Origin: Rhizophagus irregularis
Taxonomy: Eukaryota
Length of the DNA stretch: 64,000 nucleotides
Direction: 5' to 3'
Assembly (NCBI RefSeq): GCF_026210795.1
Contig: NC_089434.1
Coordinates: forward strand, 5,084,001 to 5,148,000
This document shows, in pieces, positions 49,923-63,559 of this stretch. A program made the position numbers and the translations under genes. Under the pieces are notes generated by a model that worked only from the letters and a program-made list of their open reading frames with translations, was not told the origin of the DNA and did not search any database. The first letter of the stretch is position 1. Every line of letters begins with the position of its first letter.

Positions 49923-52589
49923 AATTAAAAATGTCGAACCTGACATTTTTTGTATAATTAATAAAAAAAATGTTACAAAACGTTTTTTTAATTGAAATAT
50001 TTAATAATAAAACTTTGGGTAATCTGAGTTACTTGAAGTGAAGTATTTGGGGCAAATGGGTCAGGTCGGGTCAGAACGGTTTACCTGATCTGATCTGACT
50101 TGAAAAAAAATTTTGGTTCAGGTTAACCAGATAACCTGACCCAACCCGACCTGTACAAAGCTTCACATATAACTATATTTTTAAATTAAAATAAATTTAT
50201 AATTATAAAATACAATAAATAATTCTAAACCAAAAACTTACTATTTTACTAAATAAAAATTTAAAAATAACAAAAAATCTAGTTTAATAATCAACTTTTT
50301 AATATTAACAAAAGTTGTTTATTTTATCAAATTGCATCTATAAATAAAGTTTTAAAAATGATTTTTTGCTTAGTTATCTATTTCAATTTTTACAATAGAA
50401 ATAGTTTATACAAATTATATATAAAAGTTATGTAATTTATCACAATGCAGTAATTTTAACAATCTCTATTACATAAATTTTATTTTTTATTTTAAAGTTA
50501 CCAAAGTATTAGTTTTTTATTCATAGACTTTACTTTGAAAGAATATAGCATTTCATTTTTGCTAATCATTTTTTTTTATTAAATGATGAATCATCATTTA
50601 AGTTATTTAAATAATTAAATTTCTAATACAAGTAGTATCATATAGCAAAATATCTAAAAAAAAATGATTTAAATTATTTAATTAAAAAAATAATTTTATA
50701 TATTAAAGCAAATATTGCAAAAACAAATATAATAATTAATAAATTTTCAAATTCTAATTTATTTTTCTTTATAAAACTTAAATTATTTTTTATAAAAAAA
50801 ATATACTATTAAAAGTTTTGCTAATTTTCTTCTAAATTAAATAATCCAAATTAAATCATCCCCTTAAAAATTTATATATATATATTTTATACCAATTTTA
50901 ATTGATTAATTTAATTTATTTTATTACTGAAAAATTTGCAATACTTTTATTTGCAAAATTTTTTTGTACTATAATGGTTTAAAAACGTTTAATTAAAGTT
51001 TATTAATTAGAAAAAACTATCAAATTTATACTTTATTTATTTTTAACAGGACTAGTAATTATAATACATATACACAAAAAAATATATGACAATAATAAAG
51101 TAAACAAAAGAATAAAACTATAAGAATAAAAAATGAAACTTATGAAAAAAGTTGAAGAATGAAATGATGATGAAATCTATAAAGTCAAAAAGTAAAATTT
51201 CTAATATTGAAAAGTAAAATATATTAAGTCAAAGAGTAATATAAAGTAAAGAAAAAATTAGAAAATAAAACAAGAATTTAAAGACTAAAAAATAAAAAAA
51301 AAATACCCATTACAAAGAAAAAAGAAAAAACTCCCATAATTAAGTTTAAGAGTAAACCTATAAAAAAAGTTAATGATCAAATAAATGCAAATTAAAAGTA
51401 AAACTAACATTAAAGAAATAGGAGTTAAAAAACAGCATAAAGAAAAGAAAATATAGTTAGTAAAGAACAAAATTAAAAAATATAATTAATAAAAAAAAAA
51501 TATACCTTTTTAATGTGTTAAGATATAATACTCTATTAGAAATTATAAAACCTAGAAAAGCCTAAAGACCTAAAAAAATATACTAAAGAAAAAAAAAGAA
51601 AGCAAATAAAAATAATAAACAAAAAAAGAAATAAAATAAAAAAAATGAAATGAAATGAAACAGAAAGAAAAAAACAAAAAGAAAAAAAAATAAAAAAAAT
51701 AATATAAATAAATAGTGTAAGAGCAGTGACATTTATTATGTAATATCCATTTACTATAAGCTTATACGGTTATACCCATCCACTCCTAGTATGTAGTATG
51801 AAAAATCTTATATTACACTTATATGTTATATAACCTTTAAATACCCTTCTCTTCCACCTTCTAAAATGATATTATATAATAAATGTTACTGCCCTAACTA
51901 TAAATATTAATTAGCCTAATCAAATTTATCATATAAAGGAATAAATAATTCATATAATTATATAAAATTTACTAGTAGGTTAAATCACTAGATTAAATCA
52001 CTCTAGGTTAAAATTAGTCTTATACTACTATTAATAAGTAATAAAAATTAACTAAATTATATTAACATTTTTTAAATTAAATATTTTTTAAAAAAATTAT
52101 TTTCTGAATTTATTTAAAAAAAAAAACTTTTTTTTTAACCTGAATGATTTTTTATCAGTTTTTAAATTGAATAACTTTTAAAAAAAAATTATATTTTTTT
52201 TCTTTAAATTCAAATTTTAATATGAAATAGTAAATTGGGGAGTATAATATACAGTCAATTCTTGTTATAACAAACCCTAGGGTTTAGACCTCAACTTCGC
52301 TATAAGTTTATCACTGGTCAAAATCAATTCTATCGGGTACATATCGGGTACCTATATATCGGTGGCTAATCGGATAAATATCGGGTATTTTTACATATCG
52401 GGTACCCGATAGCTAAGCTATTAGTCACTGATATTGTATATCGGGCATTGATCTATCTTACACATATCAGGTACCCGATATGTAAATTTTAATACGTAAG
52501 ATTTTTATTTTGTACAACATACTGTATTATATATAATCCGTTTCAACTAAAATTTTTTATTTAAATTCATTTTTTAGATAATTTTTATA

Positions 52590-55500
52590 AATAATTTTCT
52601 AAGAAATTTTAAAAGTCCATTTGAATAATATTTAATAGGGATTTTATTTAAGAAACTTTTAGATAGATTTTTTTTGAGAAATTTTTTAAGAGTCCGTTTG
52701 GAAAAATTATTTTTTTAACTAAGAGGATCATTTAGAGCATTTTTGATAGAGAATTTTCTAAAGATTTGTTTGGAGAAATTATTTTTGAGAATTTTTTAAC
52801 TAAAGGGACCGTTTGGAACATTTTTTGATAGAGAATTTTCTAAGAATTCGTTTGGGAAATAGTTTTTTGAGAATTTTTTAACTAAAAGGATCATTTGGGC
52901 ATTTTTTGATTGAGAATTTTCTAAGAGTTCGTTTAGGGAAATTATTTTTTGAATTTTTTAATTAAGGGGATCGTTTAGGGCATTTTTTGATTGAGAATTT
53001 TCTAATGATTCGTTTGAAGAGATTGTTTTTGAGAATTTTTTAACTAAAAGGAACGTTTGGAACATTTTTGATAGAGAATTTTCTAAGAGTTCGTTTGGGA
53101 AATGGTTTTTCGAGAATTTTTTTAATTAAAAGAATCATTTAGGGCATTTTTTGATGAGAATTTTCTAAGAGTGTGTTTAGGGAAATTATTTTTTGAATTT
53201 TTTAATTAAGGGGATCGTTTAGGGCATTTTTTGATTGGAATTTTTCTAAGAGTTCGTTTAGAGAGATTATTTTTGAGAATTTTTTAACCAAAGAGACCGT
53301 TGGAACATTTTTTTTGATAGAGAATTTTTTTGATAGAGAATTTTCTAAGAGTTTGTTTGGAAAAATTATTTTTTGAGAATTTTTTAACTGAAGGTATCAT
53401 TTGATAGAGAAATTTCTAAGAGTTCGTTTAGGAAAATTATTTTTTGTATTTTTTAATTAAGGGGATCGCTTAGGACATTTTTGATAGAGAATTTTCTAAT
53501 GATTCGTTTGGAGAGATTGTTTTTGAGAATTTTTTTAATTAAAGGGAACGTTTGGAACATTTTTGATAGAGAATTTTCTAAGAATTTGTTTGGGAAATAG
53601 GTTTTCAAGAATTTTTTAACTAAAAGGATCATTTAGGGCATTTTTTGATTGAGAATTTTCTAAGAGTTTGTTCAGGGAAATTATTTTTTGAATTTTTTAA
53701 TTAAGGGGATCATTTAGGGCATTTTTTGATTGAGAATTTTCTAAGAGTTCGTTTAGGGAAATTATTTTTTGAATTTTTTAATTAAGGGGATCGTTTAGGG
53801 CATTTTTTGATTGAGAATTTTCTGAGTTCGTTTAGGGAAATTATTTTTTGAATTTTTTAATTAAGGGGATCGTTTAGGGCATTTTTGATTGAGAATAAGA
53901 GTTCATTTAGGGAGATTATTTTTGAGAATTTTTTAACCGAAAGGGACCATTGGAACATTTTTTAGAGAATTTTTTGATTAAATTTTCTAAGAGTTTGTTT
54001 GGAAAAATTATTTTTTGAGAATTTTTTAACGAAGGTATCATTTGATAGAGAAATTTCTAAAAGTTCATTTAGGAAAATTATTTTTTGTATTTTTTAATTA
54101 AAGGGATCGCTTAGGGCATTTTTGATAAAGAATTTTCTAATGATTCGTTTGGAGAGATTGTTTTTGAGAATTTTTTAACTAAAGGGAACGTTTGGAACAT
54201 TTTTGATAGAGAATTTTCTAAGAATTTGTTTGGGAAATGGTTTTTCGAGAATTTTTTAACTAAAAGGATCATTTAGGGCATTTTTGATTGAGAATTTTCT
54301 AAGAGTTCGTTTAGGGAAATTATTTTTTGTATTTTTTAATTAAGGGAATCGCTTAGGGCATTTTTGATAGAGAATTTTCTAATGATTCGTTTGGAGAGAT
54401 TGTTTTTGAGAATTTTTTAACTAAAGGGAACACTTGGAACATTTTTGATAGAGAATTTTCTAAGAATTTGTTTGGGAAATGGTTTTTCGAGAATTTTTTT
54501 AACTAAAAGGATCATTTAGGGCATTTTTGATAGAGAATTTTCTAAGAGTTCGTTTGGGGAAATTATTTTTTGTATTTTTTAATTGAAGGGGATCACTTAG
54601 GGCATTTTTGATAGAGAATTTTCTAATGATTCGTTTGAAGAGATTGTTTTTTGAGAATTTTTTAACTAAAGGGAACGTTTGGAACATTTTTGATAGAGAA
54701 TTTTCTAAGAATTCGTTTAGAAAATGGTTTTTCGAGAATTTTTTAACTAAAAGGATTATTTAGGGCATTTTTTTGATTGAGAATTTTCTAAGAGTTCGTT
54801 TAGGGAAATTATTTTTTGTATTTTTTAATTAAGGGGATTGTTTAGGGCATTTTTTGATAGAGAATTTTCTAAGGATTCATTTGGAGAGATTATTTTTGAG
54901 AATTTTTTAACCAGAGATCGTTTGGAACATTTTTTGATAGAGAATTTTCTAAGAGTTTGTTTGGAAATGGTTTTTTGAGAATTTTTTAGGCTTAAAGGAT
55001 CATTTAGAGCATTTTTGATTGAGAATTTTCTAAGAGTTCGTTTGGGGAAATTATTTTTTGTATTTTTTAATTAAGGGGATCGCTTAGGGCATTTTTGATA
55101 GAGAATTTTCTAATGATTCGTTTGGAGAGATTGTTTTTGAGAATTTTTTAACTAAAGGGAACACTTGGAACATTTTTGATAGAGAATTTTCTAAGAATTT
55201 GTTTGGGAAATGGTTTTTCGAGAATTTTTTAACTAAAAGGATCATTTAGGGCATTTTTGATAGAGAATTTTCTAAGAGTTCGTTTAGGGAAATTATTTTT
55301 GTATTTTTTAATTAAGGGGATCACTTAGGGCATTTTGATAGAGAATTTTCTAATGATTCGTTTGAAGAGATTGTTTTTGAGATTTTTTAACTAAAGGGAA
55401 CGTTTGGAACATTTTTGATAGAGAATTTTCTAAGAGTTCGTTTGGAAAATAGTTTTTCGAGAATTTTTTAATTAAAAGAATCATTTAGGGCATTTTTTGA

Positions 55501-56910
55501 TAGAGAATTTTCTAAGAGTGTGTTTAGGGAAATTATTTTTTGAATTTTTTAATTAAGGGGATCGTTTAGGGCATTTTTTGATAGAGAATTTTCTAATGAT
55601 TCGTTTGGAGAGATTATTTTTGAGAATTTTTTTAACCAAAGGGACTGTTGGAACATTTTTTGATAGAGAATTTTCTAAAAGTTTGTTTGGAAAAATTATT
55701 TTTTGAGAATTTTTTAACTGAAGGTATCATTTGATAGAGAAATTTCTAAGAGTTCGTTTAGGAAAATTATTTTTTGTATTTTTTAATTAAGGGAATCGCT
55801 TAGGGCAGGGGTTGTGGTAGTACACCTGTACTAATACAATTATTACTTTTTAGGATATAATTTAACCATTTTAGGTAGATATCATGTGATCAATATTGTT
55901 TATATTTATAAAATTAACCAATAAAATTTATTAATAGTATGTACTAAAATTGTATTTGTACTAAATTTTCAAGTACAAGTACAGTACTTAGTACTGTACT
56001 ATACTGTACTAAGATTTGCAATTAAGACAATTCCCTTAACCCTTACGAGCATTTTTGATAGAGAATTTTCTAATGATTCGTTTGGAGAGATTGTTTTTGA
56101 GAATTTTTTAATTAAAGGGAATGTTTGGAACATTTTTGATAGAGAATTTTCTAAGAATTTGTTTGGGAAATGGTTTTTTGAGAATTTTTTAACTAAAAGG
56201 ATCATTTAGGGGCGTTTTTGATTGAGAATTTTCTAAGAGTTCGTTTAGGGAAATTATTTTTTGAATTTTTTAATTAAGGAGATCGTTTAGGGCATTTGAT
56301 AGAGAATTTTCTAAGGATTCGTTTGGAGAGATTATTTTTGAGAATTTTTTAACTAAAGGGAATGTTTGGAACATTTTTGATAGAGAATTTTCTAAGAGTT
56401 CGTTTGGGAAATAGTTTTTCGAGAATTTTTTAATTAAAAGGATCATTTAGGGCATTTTTTGATAGAGAATTTTCTAAGGATTCATTTGGGAGATTATTTT
56501 GAGAATTTTTAACCGCCAGGATCGTTTGAAACATTTTTGATAGAGAATTTTCTAAGAGTTCGTTTGGGGAGATTATTTTTAAGAATTTTTTAACCAAAGG
56601 GATCGTTTGGGACATTTTTTGACAGAAAATTTCTAGGAGTTCATTTGGTGAAATTATTTTTTGGGATTTTTTTAACTAAAGGGATCATTTAGGACATTTT
56701 ATTTTTAATAAAGAAATTCTTAAGAATTCATTTAAGATTTTTTGAGATTTTTTTAATAAATCTTCTAAGGGTTCATTTGAAGAAATTTTTTAAAAAAGTT
56801 TTTTAACTAGAGGGGTCATTTCAAATATTTTTTTGATGAGAAATTTTCTAAGGGTTCATTTGGAAAGATTTTTTTTTGATAATTTTTTAATCAAAGTGGT
56901 CATTTGGATT
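52590..56910. repeat. ~75-bp satellite array (~55 units) with higher-order structure
   Basis: Unit like gagaattttctaagagttcgtttagggaaattattttttgaattttttaattaaggggatcgtttagggcattttttgat; homogeneous in the centre and degenerate at the edges. Confidence 0.95.
55808..56042. mobile_element. ~235-bp insertion in the satellite (gtact-rich, GGG..CCC ends)
   Basis: Satellite breaks after ttagggca and resumes at ttacgagca-ttttt; ends ggggtt... / ...aaccc; TSD imperfect. Confidence 0.55.
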
Positions 56911-59313
56911 GAGAAATTTTTGTTTTACGACGTAATTTTACCAAATTTAATTATAAATGTATTCAGGCTATAAAATAACATGTGGTAAGTTACGTTACGT
57001 AATATTGTTATCATGTGATCACATGATTTAAATATTTACATTTCGCATTTTTGTTTATCTTATTAAAACCTTTTCTTCGTTCTCAATTTTTTTTTACTTA
57101 AAAACACAATTTTTTATCTATTTAATATATCCAGAAATACATATTTTTATATTTTTTTTATTTGTTATATCTAGAAATGCATAAAAAGGTATATATTACT
57201 AATATTTCTTTTCTTTATTAATGTTTTTCTACCATTTTTTTTTCGTTTCTTTCTTTTCTTTTACTAATACTCCTACTAATATATTTTTTATTATTTTTTT
57301 CTACTATATTAACATTTTTACTATTTAAAATTTTCTATTAATATTATATTACTACTGATATACGTTCTCTTTCTACTAACATTTTTTATTCTACTAACTT
57401 TTTCTTTCTGCTAATGTTTCTACTAATATTTTCTATATTTATATATCTATACTAATATTTTTTAATAACATTCTCTTTTCTTTTACTAATATATTTATCA
57501 TTAATGCTTCTTTTAAATAATCAAACAGGTATAAGCAAACAAGTGATTTTATTTTTATGCTACTTTTAGTAGAAGTTATATATTATATATATTTATTCAA
57601 GTATTCAAGTATAATTAGTATAATTGTTTTTTTTTAATTAAAAAGTGTAAATAAATTTAAATTGTAATAAAGTTTTGAATTAAAATTAAAAAAATATATA
57701 AATTATTATTGCATTTTATAATTTTTTTGCCTGAATTAAATTATAATAAATTTACTAGTATTAATACGAAATCATTATCCTATATCTATCCGTCTGATAT
57801 CTGTATGATATCTATATGATATATATCATAATATATCGGGTACCCAATAAGTCTATGATATGTGACCGATATTTAACTACCCGATATGTGTAAGATGTAT
57901 ATGTGATATGTATATGATGTGTCACCGTTTTTCTACATTTCTACTACACATATCGGGTACCTGATATGTGTAGCATTGTTAAATATCATACACATATATC
58001 ACATATATTGTACACATATCAGGTACCCGATAGGTACCCGATAGTATTAATTTTGACCAGTGTATAGTAAAGATTTTAAGAGATTTGATTGGTTAATTCG
58101 TTATAACAAGGGGAAATTTATTATAGTTATCTGAAAAATTCACTATATCAAGAGTTCGCTATATCAAGGTTTGACTGTATGTTTTTTTTATTATAAAAAT
58201 GTTTAATACTAATGTTTCTTTTCATTTTTTACTTAGAGATGATAAACTTCAGTCTGGAATTTTAGTATAGTAAATTGAAAAGAAAACTTATATCTTTTAA
58301 ATAGTTACTGATTTTTTTTTTCTTTTTAAAGGGTTGTTCTTTAACTTTTTAAATGCAAAATTTGGCAAGAACATTCTTTTAATAAAATATTTTAGACTTT
58401 GAGTCTTTTAGTGAGGTTAATTTTCATTTTTTATTTTTTTAATACATTATTTCTAACAGTACAATTTTTCTTTGTGGTTATTTGAATATTAGATGTATAA
58501 AAATTTGGTAATAGAAAATTACTTTTATTAATTTTTTTAACAAAACTCAATTAAAAAAATAATAATACTAATACATTCTTAATTTTCTCCTGTAGATATC
58601 AACTTTGAACTTGAATATTATTTAAGATTAGATATTTTGATATGAGATCAGGTACATATATTTAAAGAAATTTCTTTAATTTTGTTTTTATTTGAAGATA
58701 TTAATGATGCTCTTTTCATTTTTTTTTTTTAAATTTTTATCAAATATGTAACATTATAATTTATGTATCATAAAGTTGAAATTTTCTTTCTATTATAGTT
58801 TGAATGTATTTCTAAATATTAAATAAATCTAACATATCTAACATTATATATAAAAAAAAAATGTGTAAAGAAAAGAAAGAAAATTAAGGAGAAAATGGTT
58901 CACTTTTTTTTACTTTATATATTAATATACTATTGAGTTATGTGAGTTATGCAATTTTTTTTTTTTGAAAATAATGCTAAAGCAAACCATTTACTTTTAT
59001 TTAATAAATTCTCATTTATTTTAATAATAAAAAAAAGTGCATCTTATCAAATTCTCTAATGACTGCATGATTTATGCTGATTATAAAAAAAAAACTTAAT
59101 AAACTTATGTTCAAAACCTTAAAATTATATATAGTGGTGTAATTTTCCCTGCTCTGCAATTTTACTTAAAATGACAAATGAAATTTTGGCTGAAAAATTT
59201 GCGATTTTTTAAAAAATGCGCCACATACTTTAAATAATATATTTGGCGTAATCTGTCATACATTTAGGATCATGTTCTTTGTATGTAGATCTGTGTGATA
59301 TTTATTTCATTTA

Positions 59314-59699
59314 CAGCTATTTGCAAAAATAATGATTTATTTTTTTCTGAAGATTCATATGCAGTCATACGCAGTCATATGCAAAGATTATTATTGATCG
59401 GCAGTAATTCTGGACAAATTATAATTTTGGCCAGAATTATAAAACGGCTATGACGATCATATCCTTTTTTGGCGATTGCTATTCCACAATTTTTGTTTTT
59501 CCAAAAAATGAAAATTCCCTTTTCAGAACTTGTGTAACGACAAATTTCCTAAAATGGAAATTATAATTCTGGTCAAATTTATAATTTGGCCGGAATTATG
59601 CCGATCAATTATGCTCTTGTGCGTATGACTGCGTATGAATGCGTATGAAACTTCGGAGCAAAAATGAATTGGGTGGTCCGTTATTTTTGCAAATAGCTG
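59314..59699. mobile_element. Tc1/mariner-type palindromic MITE
   Basis: TA|cagctatttgcaaaaataa ... ttatttttgcaaatagctg|TA; long inverted arms (catatgcagtcatacgca / tgcgtatgactgcgtatg). Confidence 0.88.
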
Positions 59700-62600
59700 T
59701 AAAACAAAGAACTTTGGTGCAAAATGATTATTCATCATTTACCTAGAACAAAAGAAAAAAGAAATAAAATAGAAACAATAAAAAAATTTTTTTAATTATT
59801 TAGATTTATTATCATGGATGAATTTAATTATTTTAGATTTATTAAATTTTAAGTCATGAATGAATAAACAAAAATTAAAGAAAACTAATTTCTTTGAATT
59901 TTATATATAACAATATATCTATTCCAATTCTCCTAATCAAAGAATAAAATTTTGCCTACGTATTTCTTTGAGCCCGGAAATAATCTATATAGTTTTTTGC
60001 TTCAGTTATTTTCATAATTTGAAGAAGCTATACGCTTATACCAAATTACATTCAGTTATTCGGTATGTTATCATCTCTAAACCCTCCTAATTTTTTTAAT
60101 TTTTCCAGAAAAAGTTTAAAATGAAATGATAGGATAATAAGGGGTTTAATCTATATCAAATAATACAATCTATTCTAATATGTAAATCGGTTTTACCTAA
60201 CTGTGACCTTAGTAAAGAAGGTTGCAGAGGTCTTCTCTTCGCATCGCATAAACAGTGATTTATATTTGGCAATACGAATAGCGACTCTTTTATTAATCTA
60301 CTAGTCGATCGTACGCTCTTATTACTTCATCAAATCTATAAGCCGTAGCATAATGAAGTGTCTTTAGGGATTTCTGGACGTTAATGACACTTTTCTGTTT
60401 TAAGGACTTTGATGTATCAACTAATGAGCAAGCGTATGTCGACATTTGTTCAAGGAGCATTTAATAAAAGGAATTATTAATTTAATGTAGAATATTAAAT
60501 TAAATGCTTCAACCAACGAATTTATGAAAATTATTAAATTTGTAATTTTCATAGAGTTTTGAGTAGAGACGTTTAAAAGTTCGACAAAATTTGCCCGTTG
60601 TCGTCACTGTATGTAGTAAGAGCTTGATGTGGGAAATTTGGACAGAATGAATTTCTTTGATGATTGTGCCGTATATTAAATTTTACGAAATTTTGCAATT
60701 TTGGGAATGTATTTGATATTTTTGTTTGTTTTGTAAAAAAAAAAATGAAATTTTTTTTTTGCAATTTCGCTAGGAATTTTCAGAGCCTTTTTATATTATT
60801 TAACAACCATACAATTTTGATTATATTAACATAATTTTTTTTATTAAGTAATGAAACAATAACAATTTATTTATTTTTATTAGCATATTTTAAAAAGATT
60901 TTTTTTTTATTAAAGTATTGAAACAATAACTTATTCTAATTATTAACTCACCTAATACGATAAATACGTATATTACTTTTTAAGATCTTGATCTTATGAC
61001 AAATACTGCAGTCATCAATGCAAACCTGAGTGGCTGCTTTTTTGTTTACGTAATTACTTGCTTTATCATTTATCTATTTTTTATAAAATCATTTTACTTA
61101 ATTTTTTTTAAGTTTTTTTTTCTTTTATCGAATTCTTTGTTTACTAAAATCACAAACAAAAAACTTCTTATTGAAATTCTAAGAACAATGTGAAAGGTGC
61201 ATTATGACTCTCTTTTTTTTTTCTGATTTGTAAGATATACTATCTGCTCAGTTTTTTGATATGTAACACCAATTCTTACTCGTCGAAAATTAATGATCCG
61301 GAGTTGAAATTCCCTGGTCCATATCTTTAAGTAACAAAATTAGTTAGTAAAAAAAAAGACATGAGGTTCGTGATAGCTCATTTAATAATTTGATTCGTCT
61401 TTTAAAGCAAGAATGACAAAAAAAAAATGATATCACAAACCTAAAGTTTATAAAAAAGGTTAATCTGTGAACTACGCCACGTTGACAACTGTCGACGCGG
61501 GAAACGGGATAACCTCTTAAGATTACCCTATTTTACGTTATTCAAACATATGTTTGTCGCATTAAACGTTCGGATGGTAACAAAATTTTTTAATTTAAAT
61601 CCATGGTTGTACTAGTCATTGATTACGTTTATTGTCCTATTATTGAATTTTATTAAGTAAAGATTATTTAAAAAAAGTAAAACAAAGAATTTATGAATTT
61701 TTGATTGATTAAAAATTATATTTTTATCGTGAAACACCGAATTTTGTATGCGTCTTAGTCGTCTCACATAAATGATAATGGAGTATAATGAGTATACATT
61801 TATAGATCCTTTTTTGGCTGAATGAAAAGCTTTAATTATCTATAACGGATTTAGTATTTCCGAGCGCCAATTTCTTTTGTTATTTCCAGTCATATTCAAA
61901 TAATATACAGTATAAAACTTGAAAATTCAAGTCTATATAAAAATTTATACAATTGATTTATATAAAATAAAGTCATATCCATCATTGTTACACATGCCGT
62001 GCTGACGTAAAGTTGAGTCCGAATTTGTAAAATCATTTTAACATTTTTCACATACCGTACATCAGTATTCCACTGTTTCGGAATTTTCCATTTTCAACTT
62101 CGTCTCATGTTATGTTACCATAATTAAATCCAAATTTGAATTTTAACCTGTTTTTTTTTTGGTCATGAAACTATATATAGTTTGATGTTTCTAAAAAATC
62201 TGAAGATTCTTCCATATCAAAATCCACTAATATATTCTGGCGCAGAATCCAGAATTTTGTATTTTTTTACTAGTAAGTATTCAAATTTCTGGTTTTTTCG
62301 TTACATGTAAACTTTAATTTTTATCCAATAAATATGCGTAAATAACTGACACGATATAATTTTCCAAGAGTTGTTTACAAATAACAAGTTAGAAGAATCT
62401 CTCTATTTTTTCGTTAAAATACTATAAATTTACAATTACCCCATTCATTAAACTAGATACTTATTTTGACGTGGGATTGGGATTTGGAAATTGGGATATT
62501 AGGTATTTGGGTTATAACTTATAAATTATAACTTGTAAATTATTGATATATGCGCAAATCAGGATTTATTTCGCGCAAATTGCACATGATTTTTTATTGC

Positions 62601-62934
62601 GCATTAATTGCGCAAATTGCACGTGATTTTTTAGCAACAAGCATTTGACTTAATTTCTTCTCAAGAAAGTTCATAAAACATGCTCAAGTTAATGAAAGTA
62701 TCAAATGTATACTTTCTGAACGTGTAGTTAGCATGGAACTTATTAATAATCATTTTCTAACCTCTTTGAAGCAATTACATTTTAAAATATATTGATCGAG
62801 AAGTGCAAGTTTTTGTTAATGCAAAAAAAACTGAGAGAAGTTAACAATGGGTTAGAAGGAGCTTAGAAATGATGTCTATTTTAGGTTTAAAACAAGTTGT
62901 TTGTATATTATTATTCTTATTCTCTTCATCAATC

Positions 62935-63505
62935 ATGGAAATTACACCGTTTGTGAAAAGACCAGGTGTTGGCCGTGAAGGAAGACCGATTAAAGTTCGA
63001 ACAACCTTAATTACTATGTCAATATTTTACATTATGATGTACACCTGAAGTTCCTCCGCGATTAAATATGAAAATATTTGAAAGTTTCGTGAATCAATAC
63101 CGGGAAAGAGCCCTTGGAAACGCAAGGGCCAGTATTCGACGGTACGTATTCAATAACGAAAAAAAAAATATTTTTTGATACAAATATACCTATACTGATT
63201 AAAACGAAGCTAAATATTACTTCAACAAGATATCAAAACTGTATTTCATAATTTCTTTTTATTTATATTAATAATGCTATATAATATCTAAATATATACT
63301 AGTATTTAAAAGATGGAAATGGATACTAACCAATAGCAAATTGTTTGTAGGAATGAAAAATATGTTCGCCCACAAATTATTGTCTTTTGGGGACGCCGCC
63401 ACCTTCGACGTAAATATCTTTATTTTTTTTTACTTTTTTTTTGGCTTTTGAAATTTTAAAAAAAAGAGCATAATAAATTATATTTAACAAATTAGGTGAC
63501 ACTAT
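62935..63505 (+). pseudogene. Argonaute N-terminal domain fragment (frameshifted, truncated)
   Basis: MEITPFVKRPGVGREGRPIKVRT..., NILHYDV, PEVPPRLNMKIFESFVNQYRERALGNA, PVFDG | MKNMFAHKLLSFGDAATFD | VTL, with GT-AG introns. This is the typical eukaryotic AGO N-terminal pattern. Small deletions; no PAZ or PIWI follows. Confidence 0.85.
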
Positions 63506-63559
63506 ATTGAAAATACAAACTCAGAATGACAGGTTCAGCTTTAAATGAACCTTAATATT

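Larger units (their letters stand above)
48863..50165. mobile_element. Non-autonomous hAT-type element (J)
   Basis: 8-bp TSD catataac on both sides; degenerate TIR tagagcttca / aaagcttca; tgacc/ggtca subterminal repeats. Confidence 0.8.
48050..50800. mobile_element. Old fold-back element with long inverted arms surrounding element J
   Basis: 48610-48800 is the inverse of ~50400-50560, and 48080-48150 is the inverse of ~50700-50760. Ends not resolved. Confidence 0.55.
52312..58062. mobile_element. 5.75-kb non-autonomous CACTG (CMC/EnSpm) element (H) containing a satellite
   Basis: TIR cactggtcaaaat(c)aat / attaattttgaccagtg; 3-bp TSD tat; clustered atcgggtac / gtacccgat subterminal repeats at both ends; no transposase. 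Confidence 0.92.
52252..58177. mobile_element. Tc1/mariner (pogo-like) MITE (I) split by element H
   Basis: TA|cagtcaattcttgttataacaaaccct ... agagttcgctatatcaaggtttgactg|TA. Confidence 0.8.

Noticed and set aside
51719..51896. Small inverted-repeat element (gcagtgacatttatt / aataaatgttactgc)
   Set aside because: The inverted ends are real, but no TSD could be identified and it is too decayed to classify.
54499..56615. Short ORFs (MFQTFPLVKKFS...) in the satellite
   Set aside because: Translations of tandem-repeat units with no independent coding evidence.
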